64,000 bases of DNA from Tubulanus polymorphus (Eukaryota; Animalia; Nemertea), in assembly GCF_964204645.1 (NCBI RefSeq), contig NC_134031.1, positions 12,402,088 to 12,466,087 of the forward strand, written 5' to 3'. Under the pieces are notes generated by a model. That model made no database searches. It was not told the DNA's origin and saw only the letters and a program-made list of their open reading frames with translations. A program made the position numbers and the translations under genes. Position 1 is the first letter of the stretch; every line of letters begins with the position of its first letter. Positions 34,404 through 48,739 of the stretch are shown here, in pieces.

Positions 34404-34867
34404 TACAAGAGCCCCAAGGGGCACAATGGCCAGCCTGTCAGATTTGCTTTTTATAAATGATGTAATCTGTGGGTTATATTTATCAATATACACTCCCTGC
34501 TCAATATCATTTACATAGTAAAATCGTGTGTTAACACAGACAGCAGGAACGAATGTAATATAGAAATACTAAGTTATTGTATTGTTCAACGCCCCCTGGT
34601 GGCCATAAAAAAACCAATGAGCTTGAAACTCACCTCGATCATAGAACATGTAATGAGCTACAACTTTCCAATTGATTATAGTAGCAAAATATGCTTAAGT
34701 ATCAATTATGATGTGGAAAAACTTTTTTCCACCTACGAATGAGTACTGATGACCCCAAGATGGCTGCCAAGTGCGTCATAATTGCCTGGTCAAAAATACC
34801 CTCCCGGATATAAAAGATCCCTTTCCAAAGAATACCCATTACAAATTGCAATGAAACATGGCGCACC

Positions 34868-35070
34868 ATTAGAAAGCTACAGTACTCAGAATTCAGGCCA
34901 AAATTGACATTTTTGGGAACAAAAAAGGTCACAGTACGGCCATCTTGAGTCCGATCGACTCAATTTTTCTCATGCCGATGGGCCCTCGGGGGATACAAAT
35001 ATATACGAATGATCAAGGTTATTGATAAAAGTGTCTTCAAAATTTCCCTCGAAAACTTCAAAAATGTGTA
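34868..35070 (+). repeat. Dispersed repeat (second copy ~38320-38520)
   Basis: gaagctacag...gaattcaggccaaaa...ggtcacag..cggccatct.gagtcc shared by both loci. Confidence 0.7.
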
Positions 35071-36114
35071 AAAAGTGCTGATTTTGGCGAACAACAATGG
35101 CTGCCAGTCGGCCATCTTGAATCTGACAGGGCCAGTTTTTGGCCTGAAGATGTGTCTAGGGTAGATACACGTATAAAACAAATATCAAGACATTACCTTG
35201 AAGCGTCTTCAAAACTTTGGAACTCTCACGAACTATCTAGATGGTTATCTCTCGACCTCAATAGCTTCAAGACCCATCTCAAAACAACTTAGTTCCATGC
35301 AGCATACCATTAACTCTCGGAAAGCGAATTGTATTTAACATTTTTTGGCAGAATAAAATTTGATTGAATTTGCAATTCGGGCACATAGCTAATTAGCATA
35401 TCAAGGTCATACACCCGATTTGGTAAAACCTTTTTTTCGCGAACCTTGCGCAATTGTCAAGGATGAATTTTCTGAAGAGCAAATAAAAATTCCTCCCAAA
35501 CACCAAATCAACTAAAGATTTCATAGAAATCGATCTTGAAATACAATTTTAAATCTTAAAATAAAACCCGGAAGTAAAACAGTAGACGATACCGCGGATT
35601 CACGTGAACACCTGATTTCTGTAAACGAAATGTTGGTTGTGACAAAATTGTTCAGACGGTTTTAGGTGGTAATAAGTACGGAAACGTAACGACCATGGTC
35701 GACTTATTCGATGAAATCAGGCCTATGTGATATCCAAATTTTGACTTTTTTATTCTCCAGACCTCACTGATATAGAAATAAAAAATTTTGGTGGTACGAA
35801 AGTGCAATCACAGCGCCGACGGGGACAGAGCCGTGTCAGAGATCGGCGGAGTGAAAATTGAGGTGGACGAACACGAAGAAGTAGGCTATTGCGCTACTTG
35901 AATCACGAAAACTCCTGGCGCGGCCCCAACGCTTTTCGTTGATTAAGTAATACAAATATCATGCAATGGGTTTTCACAATCTACCGCTGGTATTTACCGG
36001 ATTTCAAAATCACTCCAAAATTCAAAGAAACCTCGAAATATCGAACCGGAACACTTCCGGTAGATATCCGCGGCTGCCCAACCGGGAAACTTATTTGTTT
36101 CAATAGATATTGAT

Positions 36115-36215
36115 AGGATCCATCATCTTCACCCGTCAAGGGATTCGAACCCACTAAGCTAAAGCCATGCCAGAATCGGGTCGGGCCAATCACAGCGCTT
36201 GTAACAAACCACATT
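36115..36215 (-). repeat. tRNA-derived SINE-like fragment (related copy ~31600-31655, plus strand)
   Basis: B-box GGTTCGAATCCCTT followed by ga(a/g)gatgatgg in both copies. Confidence 0.4.
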
Positions 36216-39200
36216 AGGCTTCTGTGGAATTTCCCAGTAAATGGGCCAATCAGCGAACACGTAGCGAACGCGGAAGTATTGTCGCGTGTTGATACATGAC
36301 GTCATGCGCAAAAGCGCCAGTAATGAAATCGCGATAATTCACGTGAACAGCTGCTGATATTTTCAGATAAACCAATCACAGGGAAGACACAACTTCCTGA
36401 TTGGCTGAAAAAAATTGAAATTTTCCCGATTTAACTTTCGTGAAAAATGCAGAAAACATTTTTATGAGACCCTATTTCAAAATTCTGCTCGCTACGATTC
36501 CGAGAATGGATTACGCTTAAATACGTGATTTGTTCGAATATGCCCTCACTTGGCAAGCAAAAGAGCCTTTTGTGTGGAAACCATGTCATTTAAATTCGCT
36601 CCATTTGTATAGTAATAGGCTCAGCCTACGGCTGGCCTAATAAAGTGTCCAGATTAAAGAGAACTTATATAATCATTTTTAACCATTAAGCCTAAAATGT
36701 TGCTTAACGAGGGGGATGTAACATATCCATGTAAGTTATATATTGGCGAACTCTCTTCAGCTGCCTCATGTCATCCCATAAGGATCATCTATCATAACCT
36801 ATATCTATTATATCATGTTATGCAGTACAGCTTCTACTCCCTCTCTTATGCTGCAACCGCCATACTATGGACACAAATATATCAGTTAATATCAAGAGTG
36901 TTTTCTTGTCTTCATCGTAATCTAGAGGAAACCATTAAACATGAGAGGTGCGGATCTGCACTTACCCCATGTAAAATCCTAGCCAGTTTACAAAACCCTG
37001 TTTTGTGCAGGCGAATGGTAGGCTTGGTGAATCGAACCCTGGCAAGCGAGGATGAAATATCTCATTACTTTTCGCCCAGACTTCCATGTTTCAGTTCCAT
37101 GCTTAAGCCGAAGAATGCAAATAGGCCCACACATGCACACAAATTATATTTTTAGAACAAGAAATATCACTTTTCGAAAAAATGCAATGTCACCCTCTGA
37201 ACAAATATCTGTTTAATGAAATTAAGATGTCATGACATAATTTAGGGACTTATAAAATGTGAATAAAGGTTTTTAATTTTACGTACCCTAAGTAAAGGAT
37301 CTCACTAAACATGTACTTTTTTATTGATTCTAGGGTGACACGACCTCGAGTAGTATTAGTAGATTCGATAACCTAGTCACCAAACAAAAAAAAACGTAGT
37401 TATCACGCGCAACACTGCATCATGATTGCCGGTACATCATGAATATATGAATAGAGGGTTTTCCCTGATGACTCAAATAGACACCCTCATTCAGTACGTT
37501 ACTGCTATTGACAGCCGTAAATGGAATTTTTAAATTCACTTCTTTCACTACCCGTCATAGACCCTGTTTATCACAAAGGCCTGGATTCTTAAATAATAAC
37601 GTGATTTTTAGATTTCAACATATTTGTTTATTTAGCCAATCAGTGCCCGGGCGCAAACTGTCAAAGGCTTCCTTTAACACACTTCACAGAGGTTCATGCG
37701 CAGAGAAAATAGGCTGCCAAAATAGTTCCCACATCGACAATTCTTTTCACTATCACAAGAGGAACCTGGGCCATTTCACCTGAACTAATCAGGGTTTGGC
37801 CTACCCAACCAATGCTAGCTTCCGTGGGCCCTTTAGATACCTGTTCATTGATTACAGGCGCATCAACATGTATCACATTTACATGTACATGTATGACATG
37901 TACATGTAAGCAGTGAAAAGACTTTGTGTTATTTTGCTAATTTAAGAATTGCATGAATGCGACTCGTTAATTGAGGTTATCGGCTTAGGACAAAGCTTTT
38001 GTCGGGAGATTTAAAGAGACACTAGCTAGAGATGATAATGTGCGATTGACATTAAATTTCTCTCAGCTGTCTTAACAGCAGCTAAGCAAAAATCTGCAGA
38101 TGGCATTTTAATTTGGTGCATAGCGCTGCTATAAATCATCAAAATCAAGGAGAGTGGTCCATATTTATTTGAGGCGACAGAACTCTCACATCAGCACGCC
38201 TATTATGCAGCGTATTTAATCAGTGAATTTAACTCTCTGATACAGGGCCTTGGCTAATTAGGTGAAACATTAAGAAATCCACATACTTTAGGCTAAAAAC
38301 TGCACACTTATTGGCAAACCTTAAGGAAGCTACAGGTCTCGGAATTCAGGCCAAAATGGACATTTTTGGGCACAATAAAGGTCACAGGACGGCCATCTCG
38401 AGTCCAATCGACCCAATTTTTCTCGTGCTGATGGACCCTTTGGGCATAGAAATATATGTAAAACATCAAGATAATTGATTGAAGAGTCTTCAAAATTTTC
38501 CTCGAAAACTTCTAAGGGATCAAAAAGTAAACGCAATAGCCTGCTGGGACTTAAGTCACAAGTGGGCTAAAAACTTACCACAAAAACTGTTTTACCAACT
38601 AAATTGTTCAGAAATGAAGCTTTTGAGGTTTGCTGTAAAATCTGGGATTTACCAACAATAGAAACTACACAAACTTTATCATCTAATTCCTTGAAATCAC
38701 TGAAAAAACAAAGGAATCCACATTAATCCTTTCACTGCCATTATTTTTCAATCAATTAACCCTCTCCAGCAACTTATAATTAAAGGTTCTTGCAGGTGCG
38801 ATCCAGGTTGCCTTCCATGCCTTCAGGCAGTCAAAATTTTTAAGTGCCCTTCAAAAATCAAAGTAAATAATTTTTTTCTAAACTCTGAGAAAAAATGATT
38901 GCCTCTGGCATGCTTTCAAGCACGAAGTAGGGGTTTTACGATGAAATTCGAGGGGGAGGGGTAAGATTGATCATCTGATGTCGCTACAGGGATTCAAATC
39001 TTCTACTCCATGACAGTCATCATTGGTCTACAGCTGCAGGTTCTGAGCATTTGGCAGAACGTACTGCATGGCTCTATTGTCACAGCAATCCATATGTTGT
39101 ACTCTTTAGAACTGTTTTACATCTGTACATGACGTGTTTAAGAGAACAAAAATCTTTTTCAATGATTCGCTATATAAATCAAAATGCCAGAGAAAGAAAG

Positions 39201-39469
39201 AAAAATGATAAATGAAGAAAATGCTGGAGAGTGAGGCAAAGAAGTGCCGGACTACACATCCAGGGCTAGGTACGTTTTTTTACATTTCCATAAAAACCAA
39301 TTCAATTCATTCAGAATATTTTATTGCAGGCCAACAAGGCTCTCTGCCATTCACGAAATTAAAGGATTGCCAACAATTGTCACTTTTATTCATGCTTTTA
39401 AAGGGCACTTAGTTTCTTTGGTGTAGAAATAGAAGAAAAAAGGGCATTAATATTTTCAATCCAAAAAAG

Positions 39470-39810
39470 GTTGAATATGAATGGGATATCCAATGATCCC
39501 CTGTTACATTTGGACATCCAGAAGCACGCAATGTATGAGAAATCGCGGAGCGGTAACCTTTGATAGTTATAACCTGCAAACCTTTTACTACAAATAGGTG
39601 CAGTAAAAAATCTGCCAATTGAGCTACAGAGGGTGAGCATGGATCAATTTCCCCTGCAGCACACCAATCCGTAAAATGACCCCATTTGGCACCGTAAATG
39701 GTACTTGTTGATGGCCGCTTAGATCCTGCGATAAAGGAGGCAGCCTGTTCTGAAAAGCCTGAAGCTGACAAGGATCGCTGGACGATGGCCAGGCGAGCTG
39801 ATTTGTTGAT
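39470..39810 (-). pseudogene. DIRS1-type tyrosine recombinase N-terminal (core-binding) fragment
   Basis: GFSEQAA...RPSTSTIYGAKWGHFTDWC...DP...LADFLLHLF...TIKGYRSAISHT. Confidence 0.85.
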
Positions 39811-42008
39811 ACCCGAAGGCTTACTAGAAACGGGGAACCATCGATGAAATTCATTAAAACTCCAAAGATAAGTAACATTCCAACTGGAGCGAACTTACCG
39901 GAAGCAAAATATATATTATACACACAGGTATCAATGATCTGAGAGATAGGGTTCAAGCGAACGATCTCGCTAATGACATCTGTGCGCGAGTAAAAGAGTT
40001 TCCGAATAACCTTAAACTTGTTATCTCTCTCCCTCTGGTTACAGAGAGGAAGGATCTTAATTCCCGTATCTACTGTTTTAACGAAACGGTTTACAACGAC
40101 TTATGCAATCATGCGAACATTTATTGGGTTAACAATGACAATTTAATCCACGCAAAGCCATGTAAAGCTGGCGGGAACCAGAATATTTTTGCTGCAAACC
40201 TTATCCGAAGCCTTAAACTGATTACCCCGAGAAAAAATGATACACCAATATTTACCAAACCGAGACAAGTTCCGAATTGACCAAGAAGGGGAGCACAGTA
40301 TCAGCAGTCAGAAAAAACATTTCTCTGAGGATCAGTTCCTGCAAATGCTCGCGAATGCTCTTGCGTCAAAACAGTAACACTCAAAAAAATATGCCAGGCT
40401 CGATAAATTACGATTGTGTATTATATAATGTGTTTATCAACTTTAAAGTTTTCTGATCACTATATCTTAGTACTTTTTAATTTTTTTTCAAAAATTCTAT
40501 AAGGGAGTTGTGTAATTGTTATTGTAATACCTGGTTGTCTTTACAGAGGCGTAGCAACCAATTTATCAATTATTCAATCAACTTATTTTTGAACAATGTG
40601 TTAGAAAAATTTCGGTACGGCGAGCGCCGTACAATCGTTTCTGTTGCTACGCCCCTGCTTTATACTTATCTTGTACGACTGTATGTCAAATATTTTTTTT
40701 GGCATATCCATTTGATATAGTATTATTTGCAATGGTGCTCATTTGTGCGTGTATTTGGTAGTGGTAGGATTCTTTTTTATTCTTTTTTTTACTGATCTCT
40801 CACAATAAATTTGATTTACATGTCTGACAAAATTTGTCATAGACTGTCTCTTTCCTGCTGGAATGTACTTAGCTTAATCTATAGAGATGAAGACAATACA
40901 AGAAAATGTAAACTAGATGAGATTCATTTCACCCTAAATTTAAAAGAAGACTTGATATGCTTACTTGAAGCAAAAGTCAACCAAACAGATGATGTTCATT
41001 TAGAAGGTTATCACAATTTAAGTCACGTTTCAAGAAATCGTACTGGTAAAGGTATATACGGGGGCATTTTGCTTTACTGTAAGCCCCACTTAAAAGAAGG
41101 CCTCCAGATCTTATCGGCAAACGAGTCAGAATTTATTTGGGTAAAACTACGTAAAAGTTTTTTCAAAACGTATCACGACCGTAGAGTAGATACAGAATTT
41201 GTCAACAATTAATATTGATTTTCTGAGCCTCTTTTGAAAACCGATTGATGGCAGCACAATAAGCGCGCGCACCTGCTTTGTTCATTCTCATAGAAAACTA
41301 ACCGAATACGACCAGCTGTACGCGCGCAGTTCCGTAGAGAAAACGGACAACGGGATTCGAGCCCACTTCGTTCTAATGTATTCTCAACCAGGTTTTGAAG
41401 ATCTATTAGTAGTCACAAGTTGAAATTTGTCAGTCGTCTGCGCCTGGTTGGCTGCTGAAAACCGGTAAGGCCAAAACTAACGACTTTCGAGGTACATATT
41501 CGCTAATTATTTCTTAGGGGTTTGGGAAAACGAAATTATCTCAACATACCGATGTAGATGGTGCCATAAGCTTTCCGATGATATATGATACATATGGTTA
41601 GATACCTCATGAGTGGCTAGCGAATGTCATTCGTTTTTGCGTTTTAAGGACTTTTTTAAGTTTGGCGTTTTTCAGCGGCTACAACCTACGTAGCGCTAGC
41701 TGCCCAGGCCTTGCCCCTCCTTCGAACAAGAACTAGTCACTCTTGCACATCCAAAAAATAAGTCTGGTCTCTTAATATCGTTAAAGTTAAGACCTGAATG
41801 AAGCCCAGGGGCTGAAGTCAGGTCTAGCCTGACAGGCCTAGCCCTATTAGGGTACGACATGCCTAGGCCTACTACAATAAATAGTGAAAAAAACAAAATG
41901 ATTGATGTTGGAAGTTGAGAAATTATCAAGTTAGTTAGGCCAGTTATATAATTGTTTCGTTTACATCCTAAAATAGGTTTGGCGGCAGGATTTTATGTAG
42001 ATTCGGAT

Positions 42009-42543
42009 GGAGTCTCGAACCCCGAGTTAGTTGGACCAACTATTTTAAATCTGGGGTCGGAATCTGGTCAGTATTTCAAGTCTTGTGAATTAGTCATACA
42101 TTTGATAGTAAAAAAGTCTAATAATTGTTTGTTTACTTTTTAAAACAGGTTTTTCAGCAGCGTTTTTTGTAATTAAGGCGACCTACATTTGTACGGAGTC
42201 TCGAACCCCGAGTTAGTTGGACCAACTATTTCAAATCTCGGGTCGGAATCTGTCAGTATTTCAAGTCTCGTGAATTAGTCATACATTTGATAGTAAAAAA
42301 ACCTAATAATTCTTTTACTTTTTAAAACAGGTTTTTCGGCAGCGTTTTTTTGTAATTAAGGCGACCTACATTTTGTACGGAGTCTCGAACCACGAGTTAG
42401 TAGGACCAACTATTTCAAATCTCGGGTCGGAATCTGGTCAGTATTTCAAGTCTCGTGAATTAGTCATACATTTGATAGTAAAAAAGTCTAATAATTGTTT
42501 GTTTACTTTTTAAAACAGGTTTTTCGGCAGCGTTTTTTTGTAA
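42009..42543 (+). repeat. ~185-bp tandem repeat x~2.9 inside the transposon
   Basis: ggagtctcgaac units start at 42009, 42195 and 42379. Confidence 0.92.
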
Positions 42544-43197
42544 GACGATGGATAGTGATAAAAGTCTTTCCTCAAAGTCTGGTTCCAGCAAACGAAAAAA
42601 ATATTTCCAGGGAAGCAGTTCGAGAAAAAATAAAAAAAAAATTGTTCAAATAGTTTTATCTAGTAAGTTATTGATACAAATATTGTGATTTTTAGTACAA
42701 TTAAATTTATTCAAAAGTTACTAATTTGTTCGTGTAATTATTGTTAGAGGATTCTATGTTCTGTCTCATTTTCGTTCAATTCCCGTATCCAGAAGGTATC
42801 GTATACTCCATTTCTTTGCAATTGACATTTCATCTATACTTGGAGCAATCATTTAATGGTCAAATCGTTACTCCAAGATCAATTGTTATTAACTTGTGGT
42901 ACATAAGTCAAACGTTCTTCGACTTCAGCTGAAAATTGTTGTTCATTTGCAGTAAATTTTTGGAAGTTGCATTTGGATTTGTGCCTAATAACTTTAAACA
43001 AATTGGGATCACAAATTTCTTCAGAGTCAAATGAAACAGTATGCATTCGATGAATCATAGTAATTAGGCATAGTTTAAAAACTTAATTTTACTCGTTAAC
43101 TTAATTTCATCGATGCTTGTCAGACCGTCATTTCATTACAATAAAAATGAATCTCTACAAATGAATACAGGCAATGAAAATATTCTGAATTTCATTA

Positions 43198-45656
43198 GGA
43201 CAAGGCAATAAACTACACGACACAGAAAACCTTCTTGCGAGTGAAGATGCCACAACACCAGTACATGAACAAACGACACAGACAGACATATCTGAAGATT
43301 ATCTGGAACAACTGAATTTATTAAAAGAACAGCTGAAAAATGTCGAAAAGGAAAATGGCTATTTAAAAATCATTAATAGTCGCTTGGAAAAATTAATGAC
43401 GGATAATAATGTTTTTACTGTATCGGAAGGTTCTCTAGATCATATATTCAAAGCTATTATTCCATCAGGTTCTCGAACAAATGAACATCATTTTTGCAAA
43501 CTTGAAAAACCAAACACATCCATTTCAGAGTCGACAGACTGTTGAGAAGAGAGCTTCCAAAGCAAAATCAATACTACAATTTATTTCATCCAAAGACCAA
43601 AGTATCACTGAGGCTGCTAAATTAGTTGCACATATGTTGAAAAAAGATGAAAATCTAAAAAATCTTGTAATCAATGAATTTCCAGAAATGAAAGGAACTA
43701 AGCTCACTCCTGAACAGTCAGTTGACTTGAAACTGAATTTGCGTCTTACAATGACCAAAATGCTAGAATTAGACCGTAACTTGAAATGTCAAAATGTAAA
43801 GGTGTTTACCTCATCAGATAAGATTCGAGCAGAACTAAAAAAACGCAGTGATCACATCGATCAGAATATATTCACTGGCGAAATGAATTTAGTGATCAAT
43901 GCCGAACTCTAGAAGAAAAACTTGTCCCCTATGTATACATAGTGAATTTAAAATCACATCTTGAATACGTTGTTAACAATTTGATAGTCACCGGAAAATT
44001 TGTGACAGATGAGCATTTTCATGATGAAATTTGGGTAAAGATCGGAGCCGATAAAGGTGGTGGCTCTTCGAAGCTAGTACTGTATGTACTAAATAGTACA
44101 CTAGTAAACAGTACCGATCACACCGAGTTGATTTCATATTTCGAAGCTGTCGATACTTACAGCAATATGAAGATCATATTTGGCAAAATCTTTGATCAAC
44201 TGCCACAAATTAGATATGTCGAATGTAGTAGAGGAACTTTGGCTATAAGATTTTTTCTGATCGGCGATTTAGCTTTTCTGTGTACATGTATGGGCCACCA
44301 GGGTTCATCGGCTTCTTATCCATGCCTTTGGTGTGAAATTAGATTGGAACAGCTGAGAAAACGTGATGGTAAACCACACACACCTGATCATATAGTAGTG
44401 CAGTGTAGAACTGTAGCCGATTATAATGTTAATGCTGAAAAGCAGCAACCAGGGCAAAACACAAAAAGCATTTGCAAGGAAATGCTAGTGAGGATTGACG
44501 ATTTGGACCATTTAGTTCCTCCTCCACTGCACATATCTTTGGGGTTAGGTCTATCATTCTTTGAGATGTTGGAGCAGAAATGTCAGGAAGTCGACAATGA
44601 AGGATTAAAAGATCGGGATATCGATTTGTACAGAAACTGGAAAGAAAAATCCCTAGATGTATGCGCAGTGCAGGAGGAATTAAATCAGTGCAAGGAAATG
44701 ATTGTCACTCTTAATCAAACTGTTGACCTTCTAAAACAAACCAAAAAAAGGGTCGTTGTGTTATTAGTTGTTCAGCAAAGATTTGTTTGATTAGAAACAT
44801 TCTGAATGCCAAACAAAATGATTTTGTTGAGTGCATTGATTGCGATTTCCCCTATCACAAGCAATGTATATTTGGACCTACAGCTAATTTCAAATGTATG
44901 GAATGTTGTACGGGGAAAACTATGTCAACGGATAGTATTATCAAGCTGAAAATTCAAGAAATATCGGAAAAGAAATCTGAGTTAGCTGATCTAAAATCGA
45001 GATTGTCTGAAGCTCAAAACCAATTACAGGAAATATTCAAAGTTGTTAATTCATCAATGGCCGAAATAGGTATTGATCGGCAAGCGTACTATGGTGGTTG
45101 CATTGTTGGAAACCATATAAATAAAATGCTCAAAAATGATGACAAATCCAACAATCCACAGAAACTATGTAGTGTTCTCTCAGGTCATGCTGATGATGAT
45201 TACACGAAATTTCTCGAGCTATTCGAGAGACTTAGTAACTTATATGCACTATACACGGCATGTAGATTTCTCACAGCAGATGAAAAGTCCTTATTCCGTA
45301 AACTGTGTCATGATTTCGGACGATTTTACACCGACGCATTTCCTAGTTCCACTATCACGCCAAAACTCCATATACTTATTTACCACGCTCCTGATTTTGT
45401 TGATATGTGGGGTTCTCTGGGGCTCTTCGGTGAGCAAGGACTTGAAGGTAAACACGCAAGCGTGAACGGAGACAACAGAATCCACTGTACAGTCCGTGAT
45501 CAAGTTCTGCGAACTAAATATCTATTCATCAATCAAGGTCTTTACGCGACAAAACCACCAAAATCCGAAGCAACGAAACGAAAATGCGAGTGTGGTGGCT
45601 TTTACATCAGTCAAGATAACACTCGACAGTGTAAAAAGTGTAAAAGGCTTGTTTGA
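43198..45656 (+). pseudogene. RAG1-core-like DDE transposase with inserted coiled-coil/PHD finger (stop and frameshifts)
   Basis: KIGADKGG (D1), LIGDL (D2), YPCLWC, PPPLHISLG, TPKLHILIYH, GEQGLEGKH (E). Confidence 0.85.
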
Positions 45657-48600
45657 ATGTATGTACCGTTACCTGAAAAGAAAACGGAAAATTATTGTAA
45701 ATGTATACCACACGCATGTATATATACCATACGCATCTTATATTTCACTTTTATTCGTTAAAATCACACAGGTCGGTGAAATAAGGCAGAGTATTTCTTG
45801 TTTGCTCTTAATATAATTGAGAGAAAAAAATTATGAGATTTTATTTACTCACCTTTTTACTTCACACGAACAGTTGTCGGTTTCAAGATTCACGATATAT
45901 ATACAATTGTCTTCTCTGCATAAAAAATATTAATTACTGTAAAATATTAAATTGAAAATTTGGAATTCTAATACAAGTAGATTATGAGATTTTGTCTGGT
46001 TAGCTAATGATAGCTTATTGATTAATGTTGTGCAGTGATAAATGGAATAACAAATAAATTAATATATTTGGAACAAAAATACTGACAATCATTTTCATGT
46101 GCACAATCTTAAGTATCATGTTGGTTCTGCCAGAATGGGTTAGCTGCGTGAATTGACTTGGACACTTAACCAAACAGCACAGACTACAGCCTCGAATCAA
46201 CATTAAATGTTTCCCATGGACCCGAGTCGACCCAGTTTCCCAAATGAATAGTAGACCCAAATCGAACAAATCAACTAGCCACCAGAAACAAACATGGAAG
46301 TGGTTCAAAACTACTTACTTTATTCTAAAATATTCCTGGGTTCAATCGCCATATTAGTTTAGGGTTCATTTCATTTTAGGTAGCCAAGGCTAAGTTTTGA
46401 GTACGTTGTGAGAAACTTTTTGATTTCCAATCACTGAAATCAAAAGATGAAAGAAACTAAGCCTCCCATACTTAACCTCACTGCCATATATACGGCAATC
46501 AGTGGGTCTTTAGGCCTACTATTAGCTTAGTCTTCATCAAATAAAAAGGAAGGACAAAAAGGCCTACCAGGTACACTGGACCAGGAGACCTAATCAGCCT
46601 GTAATTTGCCTTACAAAAGATCCTATAAATACTTACACGCTTATTTGGCAGCACACATTTCCTAAATAGACTTAATTACTCTCTGCAGTTAAGGGAGAAC
46701 TCTTTTAAGCTTTTTTCTTCGTTGAAACATTGCATTCATCATCGATTCAATAAACCCGGAAGTAAAAGTAAACGTCAATATCAAGTAACTAACAAACTGC
46801 ATCTTCTCAAGAATTGTCTCAAGCTCAAATATGAACCGATTGAGGCATAAATATGGTGCGATAGTCCGTGTTTAAACTGATACAGACATCTAAAATACGC
46901 GTGAAACGGCAATAATCCGCGGTCGTGTCGCTAGCGAAAAGGCGGCCATTGTTATTTCTCGGAACCTATGTATCGGCTTGCTGTCACCGATTCAATTCAA
47001 TTAAACGTCGGTCAAGGTCATTTATAGTTAGTATTAGCTCTACGGTCGTGGTATAAAGACACATACGTATGTTTTGTATATAATTTATAATTCCCCCATA
47101 AACTCCTCTTTCTCTAAGAGTAACGTTGACAAGCCTAATGTCCTGGAGAGACTAGATTTAGAAATGGCAAAACTTCCCAGAGGTGATAATGTTCTAATCA
47201 TGGGTGACCTGAATGCTAAAATTAGTAACTCAGATAGTGATTTTATTTTAAACGATGATTTTATTGCAAATGATAACCAACTACCTTCAAATTACATCAG
47301 TGACACAGTCCTGAAAGACAGAAACTGTGTTAAGAAGGTCACCACTGATACCTTCGGAAAACAGGTTATCGATCTATGTAATTCTTCATCTCTTCGTATT
47401 CTTAATGGACGAACTGTCGGTGATACTTTGGGCAGATGTACCTCCTTTCAGTACAATGGTTCTGCCACTAGTGACTACTGTCTAGTAAATAGTAATCTAA
47501 TTGATAATGTTCTGTACTTCGCAGTCAAAGATCTGACGATTTTCTCTGATCACTGCCAAACAGCTGTCAGTCTGGACATTGAGTCACCGCTTTTGACTAA
47601 AGTGACTAACAATCTGGAACAAACCCCTAGCTTTCCAAAATGGAATGATAAATTACCGCTACTTTTTGATGAGTTTATAAACTCACCCTCTATTCAATTC
47701 CGGGGGAAAAAAATCCTGGATTGTAATTTTAAGTATGACCTAGAGTCGGTGGATAATTATAATACCAACATTCTATCAATGCTAAGGTCTTTTGCTGGAG
47801 CTAAGCCAGTTAGGAACAGGCAGCAAAATTTGAGGAAGAGAAATGTTCAAAAGTCATGGTTTGATAACGACTGCCATAATATGAAATCTAACCTACTATC
47901 TAGGGCCCGTCAAATCTCACGAGAGCCCCCTAACAAAAGCCTTTTGGCCCTTTATCAACGAAAGAAAGAATAAGAGATTTGTTAAGAAACGATGTAGGCC
48001 TATGGACTATAAATCAAAAACCTTAAACAGCCTGTTAGATTTAGAAAAGAAGAGCCCTAAAAGCTTTTGGTCCATGGTCTATAGTATCCGTAATGACGAT
48101 AATTTTACAAGCGATAAAGCGGGTCTCATACACCCAGATGCCTGGATTGACCATTTTAGTAAACTTTTCTCCAGTAGGCCTACAGTTCAACCTCCGTCCT
48201 CTGACAAAAACCACACCCAAGCTAAGTACCTCTTCTCTGAATAAATGAGATAGTAAAAGCTTGTAAATCGCTAAAAAACGGTACCAGTCCTGGACCAGAC
48301 AGTATTAGGAACAAAATGCTCAAAAGAGGAAGTAATATACTTATGGAATGTTTATGTAAATTATTTCATATGATCTTACCTCGGGCTGCTACCCCTCCAA
48401 ATGGGGAGATAGTTATATAAAGCCTATCTTTAAGGGTGGCGATTCTAGTGACCCTAATTGCTATCGAGGCATTGCTATTTCTAGCTCAATAAGCAAACTA
48501 TTTGCCAAAATAATTAACAACCGGTTCGAATCTGCCTGTGAAAAATTCAACATCATCTCTGAAAACCAAATTGGATTCAGAAAAGGTTACCGAACTTCTG

Positions 48601-48739
48601 ACCATATTTTACTCCTCAAATCTATTATAGATAAATATGTTAAAAAGGGCCAATATCTGTATATTTGTTTCGTGGATTATTCGAAGGCTTATGACAAAGT
48701 GTGGCGAAATGGACTCTTTTAGAAATTAGAAAACCTGGG

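Larger units (their letters stand above)
41174..47050 (+). mobile_element. Chapaev-type (CMC/RAG1-related) DNA transposon, 5,877 bp
   Basis: TIR CACGACCGTAGAG...CTCTACGGTCGTG; 4-bp TSD GTAT (41170-41173, 47051-47054); removal restores LINE frame KTYKDTYVCF. Confidence 0.88.

Noticed and set aside
36697-37876. ORFs 36697, 37508 and 37694 as genes
   Set aside because: No motifs recognised; likely chance ORFs or unidentifiable relics.
41174-47050. ProtoRAG/RAGL or Transib assignment
   Set aside because: No RAG2-like kelch ORF seen, the TSD is 4 bp rather than 5 bp, and the TIR is not an RSS-like CACAGTG heptamer.
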